Notes under the pieces: generated by a model | What the model was told of the DNA's origin: nothing | Databases searched by the model: none | What the model saw: only the letters and a program-made list of their open reading frames with translations | Assembly (NCBI GenBank): GCA_963735035.1 | Contig: CAVTJJ010000006.1 | Coordinates: 224,001 to 288,000 of the forward strand | Direction of reading: 5' to 3' | DNA length: 64,000 nt | From: an uncultured candidate division Zixibacteria bacterium | Lineage (GTDB): Bacteria > Zixibacteria > MSB-5A5 > GN15 > FEB-12 | Made by a program: the position numbers and the translations under genes | Part shown: positions 38,820-49,944 of the stretch, piece after piece | Layout of the letters: every line of letters starts with the position of its first letter | Numbering within the stretch: the first letter of the stretch is position 1

Positions 38820-39705
38820 TTGAGCCTGATCCCGAAAGAGATACTCAAGAAGATCCGGCGGATCGAGATCACGCACCAGGCGGCTGGTGAACGATCTCTT
38901 CTCCGGCGAATACCATTCCACCTTCAAAGGTCAGGGAATGGAATTCGAGGAGGTGCGCGAGTACCAGCCCGGGCGACGATATCCGTCTGATCGACTGGAA
39001 CGTCACCGCCCGGACCGGTTTCCCGCACATCAAGAAGTTCCGCGAGGAGCGCGAACTGTCGGTGGTGCTGCTGGTCGATGCGTCTTCGTCGGGGCGGTTC
39101 GGCACGCGCGAACGATTCAAAAGCGAATCGGCCGCCGAGCTGTGCGCCCTGCTGGCGTTTTCGGCGATCAAGAACAACGACAAGGTCGGTCTGATCATCT
39201 TCACGGATCGAATCGAGAAGTTTATCCCGCCCAAGAAGGGACGCGCGCACGTGCTTCGTCTGATCCGCGAGATGCTGTATTTTCAAGCCGCAAGGGCGTG
39301 GCCACCGATATTCGGTGGCGCCTGGAGTATCTCAACCAGGTGATCAAGCGCAAGTCGGTCGTGTTTCTGATGTCGGATTTCTTCTGTCGAGGGGTTTCTC
39401 AAGCCGCTCCAGATCGCCAACAAGAAGCACGATATCGTGGCGATCAAGATCAGCGATCCGCGCGAGACCCGGTTCGAGGATGTCGGCCTGATCGAACTGG
39501 AAGACACGGAAACCGGGGAAGTGATGCTGATCGACACCGGCTCGAGCCAGTTCCGCGCGAGTTTGCCGCCCGCGCCGACGAGGACTTGCAGAACCTGAAG
39601 CGGAATTTCAAGATAATCAACACTGATTTCATTAATATCCGCACCGATGAATCGTACATCGTGCCGCTGGTCAGTTTCTTCAAGATGAGAGAGAAGCGAC
39701 ACTAA
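38820..39705 (+). CDS. DUF58 family protein, multiply frameshifted in this sequence
   Basis: Pieces across frames: LIPKEILKKIRRIEI, GEYHSTFKGQGMEFEEVREYQPG, IDWNVTAR, REERELSVVLLVDAS, NNDKVGL, FLMSDF, FFKMREKR. Confidence 0.8.
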
Positions 39706-40628
39706 TGAGGATGGAAATGCTGAGAAAGATCGCAATGATCGGAATTCTGGCCGCAGGCGTCTTGTCGCTGGGGACGCTCATTGTGTCCTGCGGTCAGGGT
39801 AACGCCAGCGCCCAGATTGAAACGCACAAACGTCTGGCGGGCGAACTCGATAACAACAACCTCCCGCTGGCGGCAATCGAAGAATACGAGAAGGCGCTGG
39901 CTCTCGACGGATTGAGCGACCAGGAGCGCGGCAATCTCTGCTATTTGATCGCTCGTATCTACTACGATGGCGTGAAAGACTACAAGAACGCCGCCGCGTA
40001 CTACATCAGAGCCAAAGGTTACGATCCGCAGGGTTCATACGCTACCGAAGCGTCGCGCAATCTGGTCGCGTCGCTGGAGAAGCTGGGCAATGTGATCGAT
40101 GCGCGTCGGCATCTGGATGCGAGTACCAACATTGATCACAAAGCAGCCGATGGCAATGACGTAGTAGTAGCTCGCATGGGTGGGCGGGAAATCTGGCTGT
40201 CCGAAGTGGAAGATCAGATCCGGCTCTTGCCGCCCGAGGTTCAATCACAATTGACTAATCGACAGGCCAAGCTCGAATACGTGCACCAGTACGTGGGAGT
40301 GGAGCTTCTGTATGCGGCGGCCATGCGAGAAGATTATCTGTCGAAACCGGAGATACAGAAGCAGCGAGAGCAGCTTGAAAAACGTCTGGTGGTTGACCGC
40401 TTTGTCTCGGAGAAAGTCATGCCGGGGGCTCCGGTCGATACCGCCGACCTTCGCAATTTCTATCTGGCGAATAAAGACTCGCTCTATAAGGGAGCCGCCC
40501 TTGATTCGGTGCGCACCCAGGTGTGGCGCGATTATCAGAGCCGTAAGGCCGAAAATGCGTACAATGAATACATAATGCATCTGGCCCAGGCCGAAAAAGT
40601 CGAGTTCCTTGATCAGAATGTCAGGTAA
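39705..40628 (+). CDS. Lipoprotein with TPR region and SurA/PrsA-like chaperone domain
   Basis: LIVSC lipobox; AIEEYEKAL and AAAYYIRA TPRs; VVARMGGREIWLSEV...LLYAAA...LRNFYLANK...AEKVEF. Confidence 0.65.
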   Translation: MRMEMLRKIAMIGILAAGVLSLGTLIVSCGQGNASAQIETHKRLAGELDNNNLPLAAIEEYEKALALDGLSDQERGNLCYLIARIYYDGVKDYKNAAAYYIRAKGYDPQGSYATEASRNLVASLEKLGNVIDARRHLDASTNIDHKAADGNDVVVARMGGREIWLSEVEDQIRLLPPEVQSQLTNRQAKLEYVHQYVGVELLYAAAMREDYLSKPEIQKQREQLEKRLVVDRFVSEKVMPGAPVDTADLRNFYLANKDSLYKGAALDSVRTQVWRDYQSRKAENAYNEYIMHLAQAEKVEFLDQNVR

Positions 40629-40637
40629 GCCAAGACG

Positions 40638-41681
40638 ATGACAACCGGACGAAACATATTAGTAGTTCTGACGCTGGTTCTTGTCGCCGTCGGTGCGAGC
40701 GCCCAGCAGCCGGTTGATACGGTTGCGTCACTGTCCGGGATCGAAGTCAATACTTCGGTCGATCGGGCCGAGTCGTATGTCGGCGATTTGATTACCTACA
40801 CGCTGACGATCAAGTACGATTCCACCTGCCAGTTGATTCCGCCGCCGCTCGGGGCGAACCTGGGTTCGTTCGACGTCAAGGACTATAAGCCGGACATTGA
40901 AACCAAGCTCGATAACGGCCGCCTTCAGAGTCAGACGATCTTCGTCCTCAGCACCTATACGACCGGCGACTATGTAATTCCGCCGCTACCGGTACTCTTC
41001 ATCATGCCGGACAGCAGTCGCAAGATTCTGATGTCGGAATCGGTGCCGATCAAGATTCTGTCGCTGCTCGATCAGGCCGGAACCGATACGCTCGATATCA
41101 AACCGCTGAAGGCGCAGTACGAATTTCCACCTGATTATACCAAGTACTATCTCTACGGTGGTCTTGGTTTGGTGCTACTGTTGCTTGCTGCTGCCGCATT
41201 AGGCTACTGGCTCTGGAAGAGACGCCGCGCCCAGGGTGCGGTTGATCTTCGCTCACCGTGGGAGATCGCTTTCGAAAAGCTGGCCTATCTACGGGTGGAG
41301 TATCTCGAAAAAGAGATAACCGACCAGTTACAGGCGAAGGAGTTCTACTTCCAGCTTACGGAAGTAGTCCGTGAATACCTGGGTCGCATCTACGAAACCG
41401 ATGTTCTTGAAATGACCACCGAGCAATTTCTCGAAGCCTTTCTCAACAAGGAATTGCCTAATGACTCTTATGAGCTGCTCAGTGGTTTCTTCAAAGAGGC
41501 TGATCAGGTCAAGTTCGCGAAGCTCCTGCCCGAGCGCACGCGAATTGAAGACGATTTCCTGACCGCGCACGATGTCGTAGAAAAGGTAAGAGCCGATTAC
41601 GAGCGCCGTCGTCTGCAAGAAGTTCATACTGGCGAGGGACAGCCTGCCCCGACGCCGACCGCAGAGGAACAGAAGGTATGA
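40638..41681 (+). CDS. Bat-operon membrane protein (BatD-like N-domain, TM, helical domain)
   Basis: VDRAESYVGDLITYT, DIKP, TM helix, PWEIAFEKL, LTEVVREYL, EMTT, ADQVKFAK. Confidence 0.75.
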   Translation: MTTGRNILVVLTLVLVAVGASAQQPVDTVASLSGIEVNTSVDRAESYVGDLITYTLTIKYDSTCQLIPPPLGANLGSFDVKDYKPDIETKLDNGRLQSQTIFVLSTYTTGDYVIPPLPVLFIMPDSSRKILMSESVPIKILSLLDQAGTDTLDIKPLKAQYEFPPDYTKYYLYGGLGLVLLLLAAAALGYWLWKRRRAQGAVDLRSPWEIAFEKLAYLRVEYLEKEITDQLQAKEFYFQLTEVVREYLGRIYETDVLEMTTEQFLEAFLNKELPNDSYELLSGFFKEADQVKFAKLLPERTRIEDDFLTAHDVVEKVRADYERRRLQEVHTGEGQPAPTPTAEEQKV

Positions 41682-42724
41682 GCAATCTTCAGTTCTTCGG
41701 CCTTGGTATGAATCTGTTCGACGTCATTGACGTCACCATTCCGGCGTGGATAATCCTGGGCCTGGGCGTCCTCGTAGTGGCTACTATGATATGGTATTAC
41801 GCCCGGCGTCAAAGTGTGCGTTCGGCTGCGGTGAAATACTCCGACGTTAGAATTGTCAGCCGCGCCGCTCGTTCACATCGCCGCCGCTATCGCATGATCC
41901 TGCCGATTCTGCGCATTCTCGCGATTGCGCTGTTCTTCGTGGCGTTTGCTCGACCCCGCTCTGGAACCGAAGTGCGACAGATCAGTTCCAAGGGTGTGGA
42001 CATCATGCTCGCGCTGGATATTTCGTCCTCGATGCAGGCCGAAGACTTCAAACCGCACAATCGTTTGTACGTGGCCAAAGAAGAGCTCAAGAAGTTCGTC
42101 TCCAGGCGAGTAAACGATCGCATCGGCCTCGTGGTTTTCTCACGCCATTCGTTCACCCAGTGTCCGCTTACCGTCGACTATGGCGTATTGCTTCGGTTTG
42201 TCGATCAGATTGATGTCGGTGCCATCGAAGACGGCACCGCTATCGGTATGGCTATCGCTAATGGGGTAAATCGGCTCAGAGAGTCGGACGCGAAGTCAAA
42301 GATCATCATTCTTCTGACCGACGGTGAAAACAACGCCGGGGAAATTGATCCGATCACAGCGGCCGGTCTGGCATCGGCGTTCAACATCAAGATCTATACC
42401 ATCGGTGCAGGAAGACCCGGCAATGCGATGTACCCGGTGGACGATCCTCTGTTCGGAAAGCGGTATGTCTACCAGCCGACTAAGATTAACGAAGAATCTC
42501 TGCAGGAGATCGCCAAAGTGACCGGCGGCAAATATTTCCGTGCGCGCTCTGAAAAGGAACTGGAACAGGTTTACACTGATATCGACAACATGGAAAAGAC
42601 CGAAATTCAGGTATCGGCATCGATACAGTACAAAGAGCTCTTCCACTACTTTACTATTGCCGGATTGATCCTGCTGGCCCTTGAAGTTGTTCTGGCTAAT
42701 AGTGTGTTCCGAAAGTTGCCATAG
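41678..42724 (+). CDS. batA: VWA domain protein BatA
   Basis: FARP, DISSSM MIDAS, DRIGLVVF, GTAIGMA, LLTDGENNAG, IYTIG. Confidence 0.88.
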   Translation: MSNLQFFGLGMNLFDVIDVTIPAWIILGLGVLVVATMIWYYARRQSVRSAAVKYSDVRIVSRAARSHRRRYRMILPILRILAIALFFVAFARPRSGTEVRQISSKGVDIMLALDISSSMQAEDFKPHNRLYVAKEELKKFVSRRVNDRIGLVVFSRHSFTQCPLTVDYGVLLRFVDQIDVGAIEDGTAIGMAIANGVNRLRESDAKSKIIILLTDGENNAGEIDPITAAGLASAFNIKIYTIGAGRPGNAMYPVDDPLFGKRYVYQPTKINEESLQEIAKVTGGKYFRARSEKELEQVYTDIDNMEKTEIQVSASIQYKELFHYFTIAGLILLALEVVLANSVFRKLP

Positions 42725-42739
42725 GCAGGTTATTTAGTT

Positions 42740-43759
42740 ATGCGTTTTGCTGATCCGATATATTTCGCCTTGATCCTGGCCGTGTTGCTGCTGGGCGTCT
42801 ACGTCTTTTGGGCGATCAGCCGCAAGAAGAAGCTGCTGAACCTGTTTGGCGACCTGCCGTTGCTTCTCAAGAACGCGCCGTACATTTCGTTTGCGCGTCA
42901 GAGAACCAAAGCGGTGCTGGTGCTGATCGGGCTGGCTTTCGTTTGTATAGCTCTCGCGCGTCTGCAGTTCGGAACGCATCTTGAGAAGCTCGAGCGCGAA
43001 GGCATCGATGTCATCGTCGCGGTGGACCTGTCCAATTCGATGCTGGCACGCGACATGAAACCGAACCGACTGGAGAAGGCCAAGCAGGAACTGAGAAGCA
43101 TCATTGATCGCCTCAAAGGTGATCGTATTGGCCTGGTGGCGTTTGCCGGTGAAGCTTTCGTGCAATGCCCGCTGACTTTGGACTATGCGGCGGCGCGGAT
43201 GCTTCTCGGGGTCATGGATCAGAACACGGTTTCGGTGCAAGGTACCTCGTTGAGTTCGGCTATCGAAGCGGCCCAGAAGGCGTTCACTCAGCAGGAAAAG
43301 AAGCACAAGGTATTGGTCATCCTTACCGATGGCGAAGATCAGGGCGGTAATGCGGTTGATGCAGCAGTCGAAGCGCGCAAAGAAGGTATCAGGATCTACA
43401 CGGTCGGCATTGGCAATCCAGCCGGAGAGCCGATTCCGCTGTTCGACCGCCAGGGCAACCAGGTTGGGTTTAAGAAGGATCGCAACGGCGAAGTGATCGT
43501 TTCTAAGTTGGACGAGGCCACGCTCGAAAAGATCTCGCTCGAGACCGGTGGCAAATACTATAATGCGACCAGCGGCGAGCTCGAGTTGGATAAGATCTTC
43601 AACGAGATTTCCACGATGGAGAAGAAGGACCTGGAAGGGACCCTCGTAACTCGCTACGACGACCGCTACCAGTGGCCGTTGTTGCTGGCGATTGTCTTTA
43701 TTACGATGGAATTCTTCATCTCAGAGCGGAAGAAGCCTGAGGAGGCATCCGGTGAGTAA
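42740..43759 (+). CDS. batB: VWA domain protein BatB
   Basis: DLSNSMLARD, DRIGLVAFAG, PLTLDY, TDGED, VSKLDE, RYQWPL. Confidence 0.88.
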   Translation: MRFADPIYFALILAVLLLGVYVFWAISRKKKLLNLFGDLPLLLKNAPYISFARQRTKAVLVLIGLAFVCIALARLQFGTHLEKLEREGIDVIVAVDLSNSMLARDMKPNRLEKAKQELRSIIDRLKGDRIGLVAFAGEAFVQCPLTLDYAAARMLLGVMDQNTVSVQGTSLSSAIEAAQKAFTQQEKKHKVLVILTDGEDQGGNAVDAAVEARKEGIRIYTVGIGNPAGEPIPLFDRQGNQVGFKKDRNGEVIVSKLDEATLEKISLETGGKYYNATSGELELDKIFNEISTMEKKDLEGTLVTRYDDRYQWPLLLAIVFITMEFFISERKKPEEASGE

Positions 43760-44486
43760 GAAGAGAATGTCAGGTATCTGGCTGGCGTCCATGTTGACGT
43801 TTACAACCGTCTTTGCGGCTAATGTTTCGGATTTGGTCCAGAACGGAAACGACGCCTTCAAACTGCAGAAATACGATCAGGCGCTAGAAAAGTACCAGAT
43901 GGCCGAGACCGAGCGCCCGGAGTCACCTGAACTCGATTATAATATCGCTGGGGTGCTGTTCAATCAGCAGAAGTACGAAGAGGCCGTCGAGCGCTACAAC
44001 AAGGCGCTCAATACGCAGGATGCCACGATGGATCCGAAGATTCGCTACAATCTCGGCAACACGTACTACAAGATGGGCGACTATCCGAACGCGATAACTA
44101 ATTTTCAGAAAGCGCTTGAGGCCGATCCGACCGATCTCGAAGCCAAATTCAATCTGGAGCTATCGCGCAAGATGCTCAAAGAGAAACTGAAGCCGGAATC
44201 AAAGGACCAGAACCAGCAACAACAGAATCAGCAGCAACAAGAGAAGAAGGAACAGCCGAAGGATCAGCAGCAGCAAGACAAGCAGGAGCAAAAACCCCAG
44301 GATCAACAAAAGGATCAGCCGAAGGATTCAACACAGCAGCAACAACAGCAGCAGGTTCAGCAGAAGCCGATTTCGAAAGAAGATGCCGAGCGCATACTAA
44401 ATGCTCTCAAGGATGACGAGGAAGACGTTCAGAAGAAGATCAAGCGCGAAGTCATGGGTGGAGATTACAACGGCAATGACTGGTAG
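43752..44486 (+). CDS. batC: TPR protein BatC with Gln-rich linker
   Basis: GTG after GGAGG; TPRs (YNLGNTYYK, AKFNLEL); Q/K/D-rich tract at ~44200-44365; AERILNAL...NDW end. Confidence 0.85.
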   Translation: MSKKRMSGIWLASMLTFTTVFAANVSDLVQNGNDAFKLQKYDQALEKYQMAETERPESPELDYNIAGVLFNQQKYEEAVERYNKALNTQDATMDPKIRYNLGNTYYKMGDYPNAITNFQKALEADPTDLEAKFNLELSRKMLKEKLKPESKDQNQQQQNQQQQEKKEQPKDQQQQDKQEQKPQDQQKDQPKDSTQQQQQQQVQQKPISKEDAERILNALKDDEEDVQKKIKREVMGGDYNGNDW

Positions 44487-46305
44487 ACGTCGGCAGGCTC
44501 ATTGGTTCGCTATCATGGCGGTCGCGCTGGTCGCAGGAGTGATCTGTGTCGGCCATCTTGAGGCCCAAACGCAACCGATCCAGGTCAGCGTATCCCTAAG
44601 TCAGGATACGATCGGCATGGATGAGCAGGCGGTGCTGGAAGTCGAAGTTCAGGGCACGACTCAGGACATGCCCGATCCCAATATGCCGCCATTGCCGATG
44701 TTCGAGGTGTATTCGCAGGGGCGCTCGACCAGTGTTTCGATAGTCAACGGCCAGGTGCAGGCGTCGGTCAGCAATCACTATCTGCTCTTGCCGTCGCGCC
44801 CCGGTACTTATCCCATAGAAAATATCGCGGTGGTTTATCAGAACCATCGTTATGTGGGGAATACGGTCACGCTGACCGTCCTTGGCAGTGGTTCGGGTGC
44901 TCCGCCTCAGTTGGAGCAGCGCGTGCGCGGCGCCGACGGTACCAGCAAGGACTACCTGTTGGAAGCTTCGGTGGATAACGATAAACCGTACGTTAACCAA
45001 CAGATTACCCTGACTCTTAAATTTCTTATCGCCGTCCAATACTACGGTTCGCCCGAACTCGCCGAGCCCACTACGACCGGCTTTTGGACAGAGCTTCTGG
45101 GCACCAAGGGCCCCTATCAGCAGAGACTGAACAACCGCACGTACCGTGTGATCGAGCGCAAGTACGCTCTCTTTCCTACGGCAACAGGCGAACAAAGCAT
45201 CGGTCGGGCTACGATCACAGTAACGGTGCCGTCGCGCCAGCAATCTCGCCGGCAGGACCCGTTCGACATCTTTGGCATGCTGGGCGGCGGGGAACAGGCC
45301 CAGGTGAATTCGCGGCCGCTTACGGTCCATGTACGCCCTTTGCCAACGACCGGTCGGCCGGATGATTTCACTGGAACGATCGGACGTTTTACTTTCAAAG
45401 CGGTTCCCACTCGTCGCGACGTCGAAGTCAATCAACCGGTGTCGGTGAACTTTACAATCACCGGCGTGGGCAATATCAAATCGGTGGCTGAGCCGACTAT
45501 TCCGGATCTACCGGATTTTCGTGTCTACAAAGCTTCGAGCAACGAATCGGTGGCCAAGCAGGACGATCGTCTGGGCGGTACGAAGACTTTTGAAGAGGTC
45601 TTCATCCCCAAACGGCCCGGCCAGATAGTAATTCCCGCGCTAACTTTCAACTTCTTCGATCCTGAGGCTGAACGATACAAGACCGCGCAGACCGAAGCTA
45701 TCACGCTCAACGTGAGTCGCGGCGAAGGCTATGTAGCCGCGCCCGATGTGCCTTACACGGCGCCCGACGCCAAGATCGGAGCCGAAGCCCGCGACATTCG
45801 ATACATCAAGTCCGATCCGGGTGATCTGAGACCGGGGAAAGCACTGCTGTTGACGTCGCCACTCTACCTCGGGGTCAATGCCTTGCCGATTCTGGCGTTG
45901 ATTGCTACGGTAGTCATGCGGAAGCGACGGGAGAAGTTGACCGGTGATATCGGCTATGCCCGTTCTCGGCGCGCTTCCAAAGAAGCCCGCCGTAGGCTGG
46001 CTCGCGCACGCAGTCTGGCGGCCGTCAACACATCGGAGCAGTTCTTCCTGGAGGGCAGCTCGGCGCTATTGTCGTTCATAGGTGACAAACTGAATGTATC
46101 GCCGCACGGTTTGACGAGTGACAAGATCAGGGCGCTCTTGACGGAGCGGGGTGCAGAAGACCAGATGATTCAGGATATCATTACATTTCTGGATCAGTGC
46201 GCTTTCGCCCGATATGCGCCGTCGTCGGTGAGTCAACCCGATATTGACAAGGGCCTGGCCGACGCCGAGAACTTGATGGTGCGGCTCGAGGAGGTCAGGT
46301 TTTGA
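44476..46305 (+). CDS. batD: BatD family protein
   Basis: STSVSIVNG, PYVNQQ, YALFP, FTGTIGRF, ITGVGN, FNFFDP, DIRYIK, ARYAP. Confidence 0.85.
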   Translation: MTGRRRQAHWFAIMAVALVAGVICVGHLEAQTQPIQVSVSLSQDTIGMDEQAVLEVEVQGTTQDMPDPNMPPLPMFEVYSQGRSTSVSIVNGQVQASVSNHYLLLPSRPGTYPIENIAVVYQNHRYVGNTVTLTVLGSGSGAPPQLEQRVRGADGTSKDYLLEASVDNDKPYVNQQITLTLKFLIAVQYYGSPELAEPTTTGFWTELLGTKGPYQQRLNNRTYRVIERKYALFPTATGEQSIGRATITVTVPSRQQSRRQDPFDIFGMLGGGEQAQVNSRPLTVHVRPLPTTGRPDDFTGTIGRFTFKAVPTRRDVEVNQPVSVNFTITGVGNIKSVAEPTIPDLPDFRVYKASSNESVAKQDDRLGGTKTFEEVFIPKRPGQIVIPALTFNFFDPEAERYKTAQTEAITLNVSRGEGYVAAPDVPYTAPDAKIGAEARDIRYIKSDPGDLRPGKALLLTSPLYLGVNALPILALIATVVMRKRREKLTGDIGYARSRRASKEARRRLARARSLAAVNTSEQFFLEGSSALLSFIGDKLNVSPHGLTSDKIRALLTERGAEDQMIQDIITFLDQCAFARYAPSSVSQPDIDKGLADAENLMVRLEEVRF

Positions 46306-47057
46306 ACCTCGCAAAGTTCGTTACAATTTTGTTTTTGCTGATGGCACCCGGTGCAGCAACTTTGTCAGCGCCTGTCGACCAGTTCACGCTCGGGAATCGC
46401 TATTACGAACAGAAGAAATATGACAGCGCGGTGATCGCCTACACGGAGTTGGTTAATCAGCGGCTGGAGTCGGCGCCACTCTATTTCAATCTCGGCAATG
46501 CTTCTTTCCGTGCCGGCGATTTGGGCCATGCGATGCTGTACTACATGCGGGCCAAGCGACTTGATCCCACCGATCCGGACATAGCCGCCAACCTCGATTT
46601 TGCCCGCCGCTATACCTCTGTCCAGATGGAAGGGGTGACGCTCAATCCGGTAAGTTCACTGTTCGAGTCGATTGTTTCCCCGTATCGACTGAGCACGCTC
46701 GCCTGGGCTTCGACGTTGTTGTTCTTCGCACTATTTGCCTTCCTCATTGCTCGTTACGGTTTCGCCTGGCGCGGCGCTTTGATTGGGACCGGAATCTGGC
46801 TGACCCTTATCCTATTTCTGTCCGCGTCGCTTCTGACTACGATCAAGTATCACAGCGACTATATCATACGCCGGGCGGTTATTCTGGCCGAAGAGAGTGT
46901 TGTCCACACTGGACCATCGGACCTCTCTGAAAAAGAGCTGGACGGCGCCCCCGGCCTGGTCGTGGAAGTGCTGGCCGAATCCGGCGATTTCTACAACGTC
47001 CTCTTCGAAAACAAGCGGCGGGGCTGGATTCGCAAGGATTTGGTAGCGGTCGTATAG
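46302..47057 (+). CDS. batE: TPR/SH3 protein BatE
   Basis: LYFNLGNA...G.A...Y.RA..L.P TPR, two TM helices, C-terminal SH3b-like RGWI. Confidence 0.85.
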   Translation: MNLAKFVTILFLLMAPGAATLSAPVDQFTLGNRYYEQKKYDSAVIAYTELVNQRLESAPLYFNLGNASFRAGDLGHAMLYYMRAKRLDPTDPDIAANLDFARRYTSVQMEGVTLNPVSSLFESIVSPYRLSTLAWASTLLFFALFAFLIARYGFAWRGALIGTGIWLTLILFLSASLLTTIKYHSDYIIRRAVILAEESVVHTGPSDLSEKELDGAPGLVVEVLAESGDFYNVLFENKRRGWIRKDLVAVV

Positions 47058-47150
47058 ACCTTACGGCCTTCCGGGCCCGGTCTAATTTGATTGACACCTT
47101 CCGGTGGCCTGTCTATCTTGGTCGCTTATTGTTAACCCGGCAATGGAGTT

Positions 47151-48203
47151 ATGGCCGCATTCTGGAAGAAAAAGAAGTTCTGGGGCACATTGATCGGGCT
47201 GGTCCTGCTGGCCTACTGTGTCAAGGACATCAAGATCGCGGATTTGCGCCTCCTGCTCCAGCGGGTTAATGTCTATTACCTCCTCGCCGCGTTTACTTCG
47301 CCGGGTCATTCTTCCTATTTCTGAAAGTCGATCCGTTGGCGGATTATGGTTTCCCAGCAGAAGGTCATGTCGCTGCGCCGGGTCGTGACTTTGTATTCGG
47401 TCGGTCAAATTCTGGGGATGGTCATGCCGGCCCTCACCGGCCAGGTGGGACGCGTGGTCTGGTTTGCGCGCAAGGAAGGCCTGCGCAAGACGTATGTCTT
47501 CTCGATCCTGATTCTGGAGGTATTGTTCGACTCCATCAGCCTGATCTTCTTCATGTTTCTGACTTCACTAGCCTTTGTTTTCCCGAGCGAATATCGGTAT
47601 CTGAGCTTTGCCGTGGCGGGGGTGACGGGTGGTGTCGTGATCTTGCTATATATCATGCTCCATCAGCAGAATCGTATCGAGGAAATCGCCCGCCGCCGCT
47701 TGCGTGGTCGCTGGCCCGGATTCTATATCACCTGCAAGAAATTCATTCGTTCTTTTACCAAAGGGATCGAACTCCTTCGCTCCGGACAGGGAACCGTCGG
47801 GACCCTCCTCCTGTCACTCCTGTCCTGGGGCGCTCACATGATGGTGATCTGGTTTCTGATCCGGTCGTTTGGGCTGGCGCTTCCGTTTGCCGCGGCGGCG
47901 GTCATCATGATTGTCAATACGATCGTCCTCCTGGTGCCGATCAGCCCCGGCAATGCCGGTACATTCGAAGTGGCCGTGTCGACCTCGCTGGCGGCGTTTT
48001 CGATTGGACGGACCGACGCCGTACTGTTCGCGCTCGCCCTGCATATGATCGATCTCCTCCCGACCTTTGTTCTCGGATACCTTTTCCTGCACCTCGAGAA
48101 ATTGTCTCTACGTGATCTCAAGGCGATGCAGTCGGAGGACGACATGATCATCGACCGGATCGACGAGGAAGGCGCCTTCATCGAAGAGAAGGAAGAGGTC
48201 TGA
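47151..48203 (+). CDS. Lysylphosphatidylglycerol synthase TM/flippase-like protein (UPF0104); short indel-scrambled stretch near 47300-47325
   Basis: GGAG RBS; MAAFWKKKKFWGTLIG...IRWR in frame with ORF 47346; P...G...R, E..FD and PISPGNAGTFE motifs. Confidence 0.75.
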
Positions 48204-48284
48204 TCTCGTACTGGTCGTGGCGGTCGGAAACAATTCCGCGGCCCCGGTGTTTGGTGAAGCAACTGTGATCCGAAAGGAAGACCG

Positions 48285-49944
48285 GTGATGATAAAGGAGA
48301 CCGCCAGCCGTCATTCTGCGGCCGGCGTGACGCTCATACCCTCGCAATCGCTTGGCTATACGCGACTCTATCTGGATTTCGTGAAGGGGCAGCCATCGGT
48401 CGCTGATTTCTATCCGTCGCGCCAGACGGCATCAGTCGCCTCGGCTCTGGACAAGATTCGATTCGACCGTGGGACTATCGCGGACATTCTCGTTCGCCAG
48501 AATCGGGCGTTGGGAGCTGCCGACGCCACCTTGCAACAAATTGAGCGTCTGCGTGATCCCCGTTCGGTCTGTGTTTTCGCCGGACAGCAGGCGGGGCTGT
48601 TCTCGGGACCGTTGTTTACGATTATCAAAGCTCTCGGAATTGTTCGCCTGGCCCAACTTCACGAAGAACGCCTGGGTCGACCCGTGATTCCGATCTTCTG
48701 GATTGCCGGCGATGATCATGATTTCGCCGAAATAGACCATGTGGACGTCCTCTCGAGGACTGGCCAGATCGCTCGAATCGAATACGAGTCATCCCCGGCG
48801 TTACCTATTCCGGCTTCTGAGGCTAAGATCGATAACGAGGAAGAACTGGAGCGGCTTTTCGCCGAACTCGGAGAGTCTCTCGGCAAGACTGACCTCACGG
48901 CCGGAATGTTCGATCTTCTGAGGAAACGCTTACACAACCCAGGATACGATGGTGTCCTCGTTCGGCAAGCTCATGGCAGCTCTGACGAGCGAGTTGGGGC
49001 TGGTCTTGTTCAATCCATCGGATGCAGAAGTGAAGCGATTGGCCCAGCCGTTCTTTGTGACTATGCTGGACGAACAGCCGGCCATCCACGAGAGTCTAAG
49101 TCAGGCCAATAGCCGACTCACGCAGCGCGGTTATCATCTTCAAGTAGAGAAGAAAGATGATGCTGTTCATCTCTTCTGCAATCTCGACGGTCGCAAACCT
49201 GTCATGCGAGACGGTACCGCGTTTGTAGCCGGGAGTAAGCGATTCAGTCGGACCGAGATGGCTGGCCTGCTCACCGAGCGTCCGGAGGTTATTTCTCCCG
49301 ATGTACTTACCCGCCCGCTTATGCAAGCCTGGCTCTTTCCGGTACTGTTGCAGGTAGGCGGGCCGTCCGAGATTGCCTATTTCGCCCAGCTCAACGGTTT
49401 GTTTTCGTTAGTGAACCGTCCGGTTCCGGTCTATGCGGCGCGTCCGTCGGTCACGATCCTGGAGCGACGCATCGAGCAGGGCATGCAGGAATTGGGAATC
49501 TCGTTCGCGGATACTCGCGGCGATATTGAGCAGGCAGTCAACCGGGTATTAGCTGATACGTTCCCGGCTGATTTAGCGAAAGACTTTGCGAACCTTCGCG
49601 AGAACGTCACGAACCGGTTCCGTGAATTCTCCGATCAAGCACTTGGATTCGATCCCGGATTGAAAGAGACCGTTGAGCAGGTGCGGGGCAAGATCGACTT
49701 TCAGTTGAATGGGCTAGAAGCGAAAGTATTCGCGGCCCACAAGAAGAAGAGCCAGCAAACGCGCGAAAAGATCTATCGAATTGCCAATTCACTTTATCCG
49801 AATCGCACGCCCCAGGAGCGCTGTCTGAACGTTACCGGTTTCCTGGCCCGCTACGGTGTCGGATTTGTGCGTTATCTATATGAACACATGGACGCCGAGC
49901 AGACGGATCATCAACTTATCTCACTCGCGGAATTTGAGGCTTAG
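48285..49944 (+). CDS. bshC: Bacillithiol biosynthesis cysteine-adding enzyme; frameshift near 48925
   Basis: GQQAGLFSGPLFTIIKA, PIFWIAGDDHDFAEI; second frame SPDVLTRP, GGPSEIAYFAQL, PQER. Removing one A in ggaaacg joins them; adjacent to bshA. Confidence 0.85.

Noticed and set aside
44200..44365. CAG/CAA-rich tract as a contingency repeat
   Set aside because: It encodes the Gln-rich linker usual in BatC and uses mixed codons.
47322..47324. In-frame TGA as selenocysteine in the UPF0104 gene
   Set aside because: The position is not a redox or Cys site. Removing three homopolymer bases restores a hydrophobic VIFLFLKSIRWR helix, so the TGA is an indel artefact.
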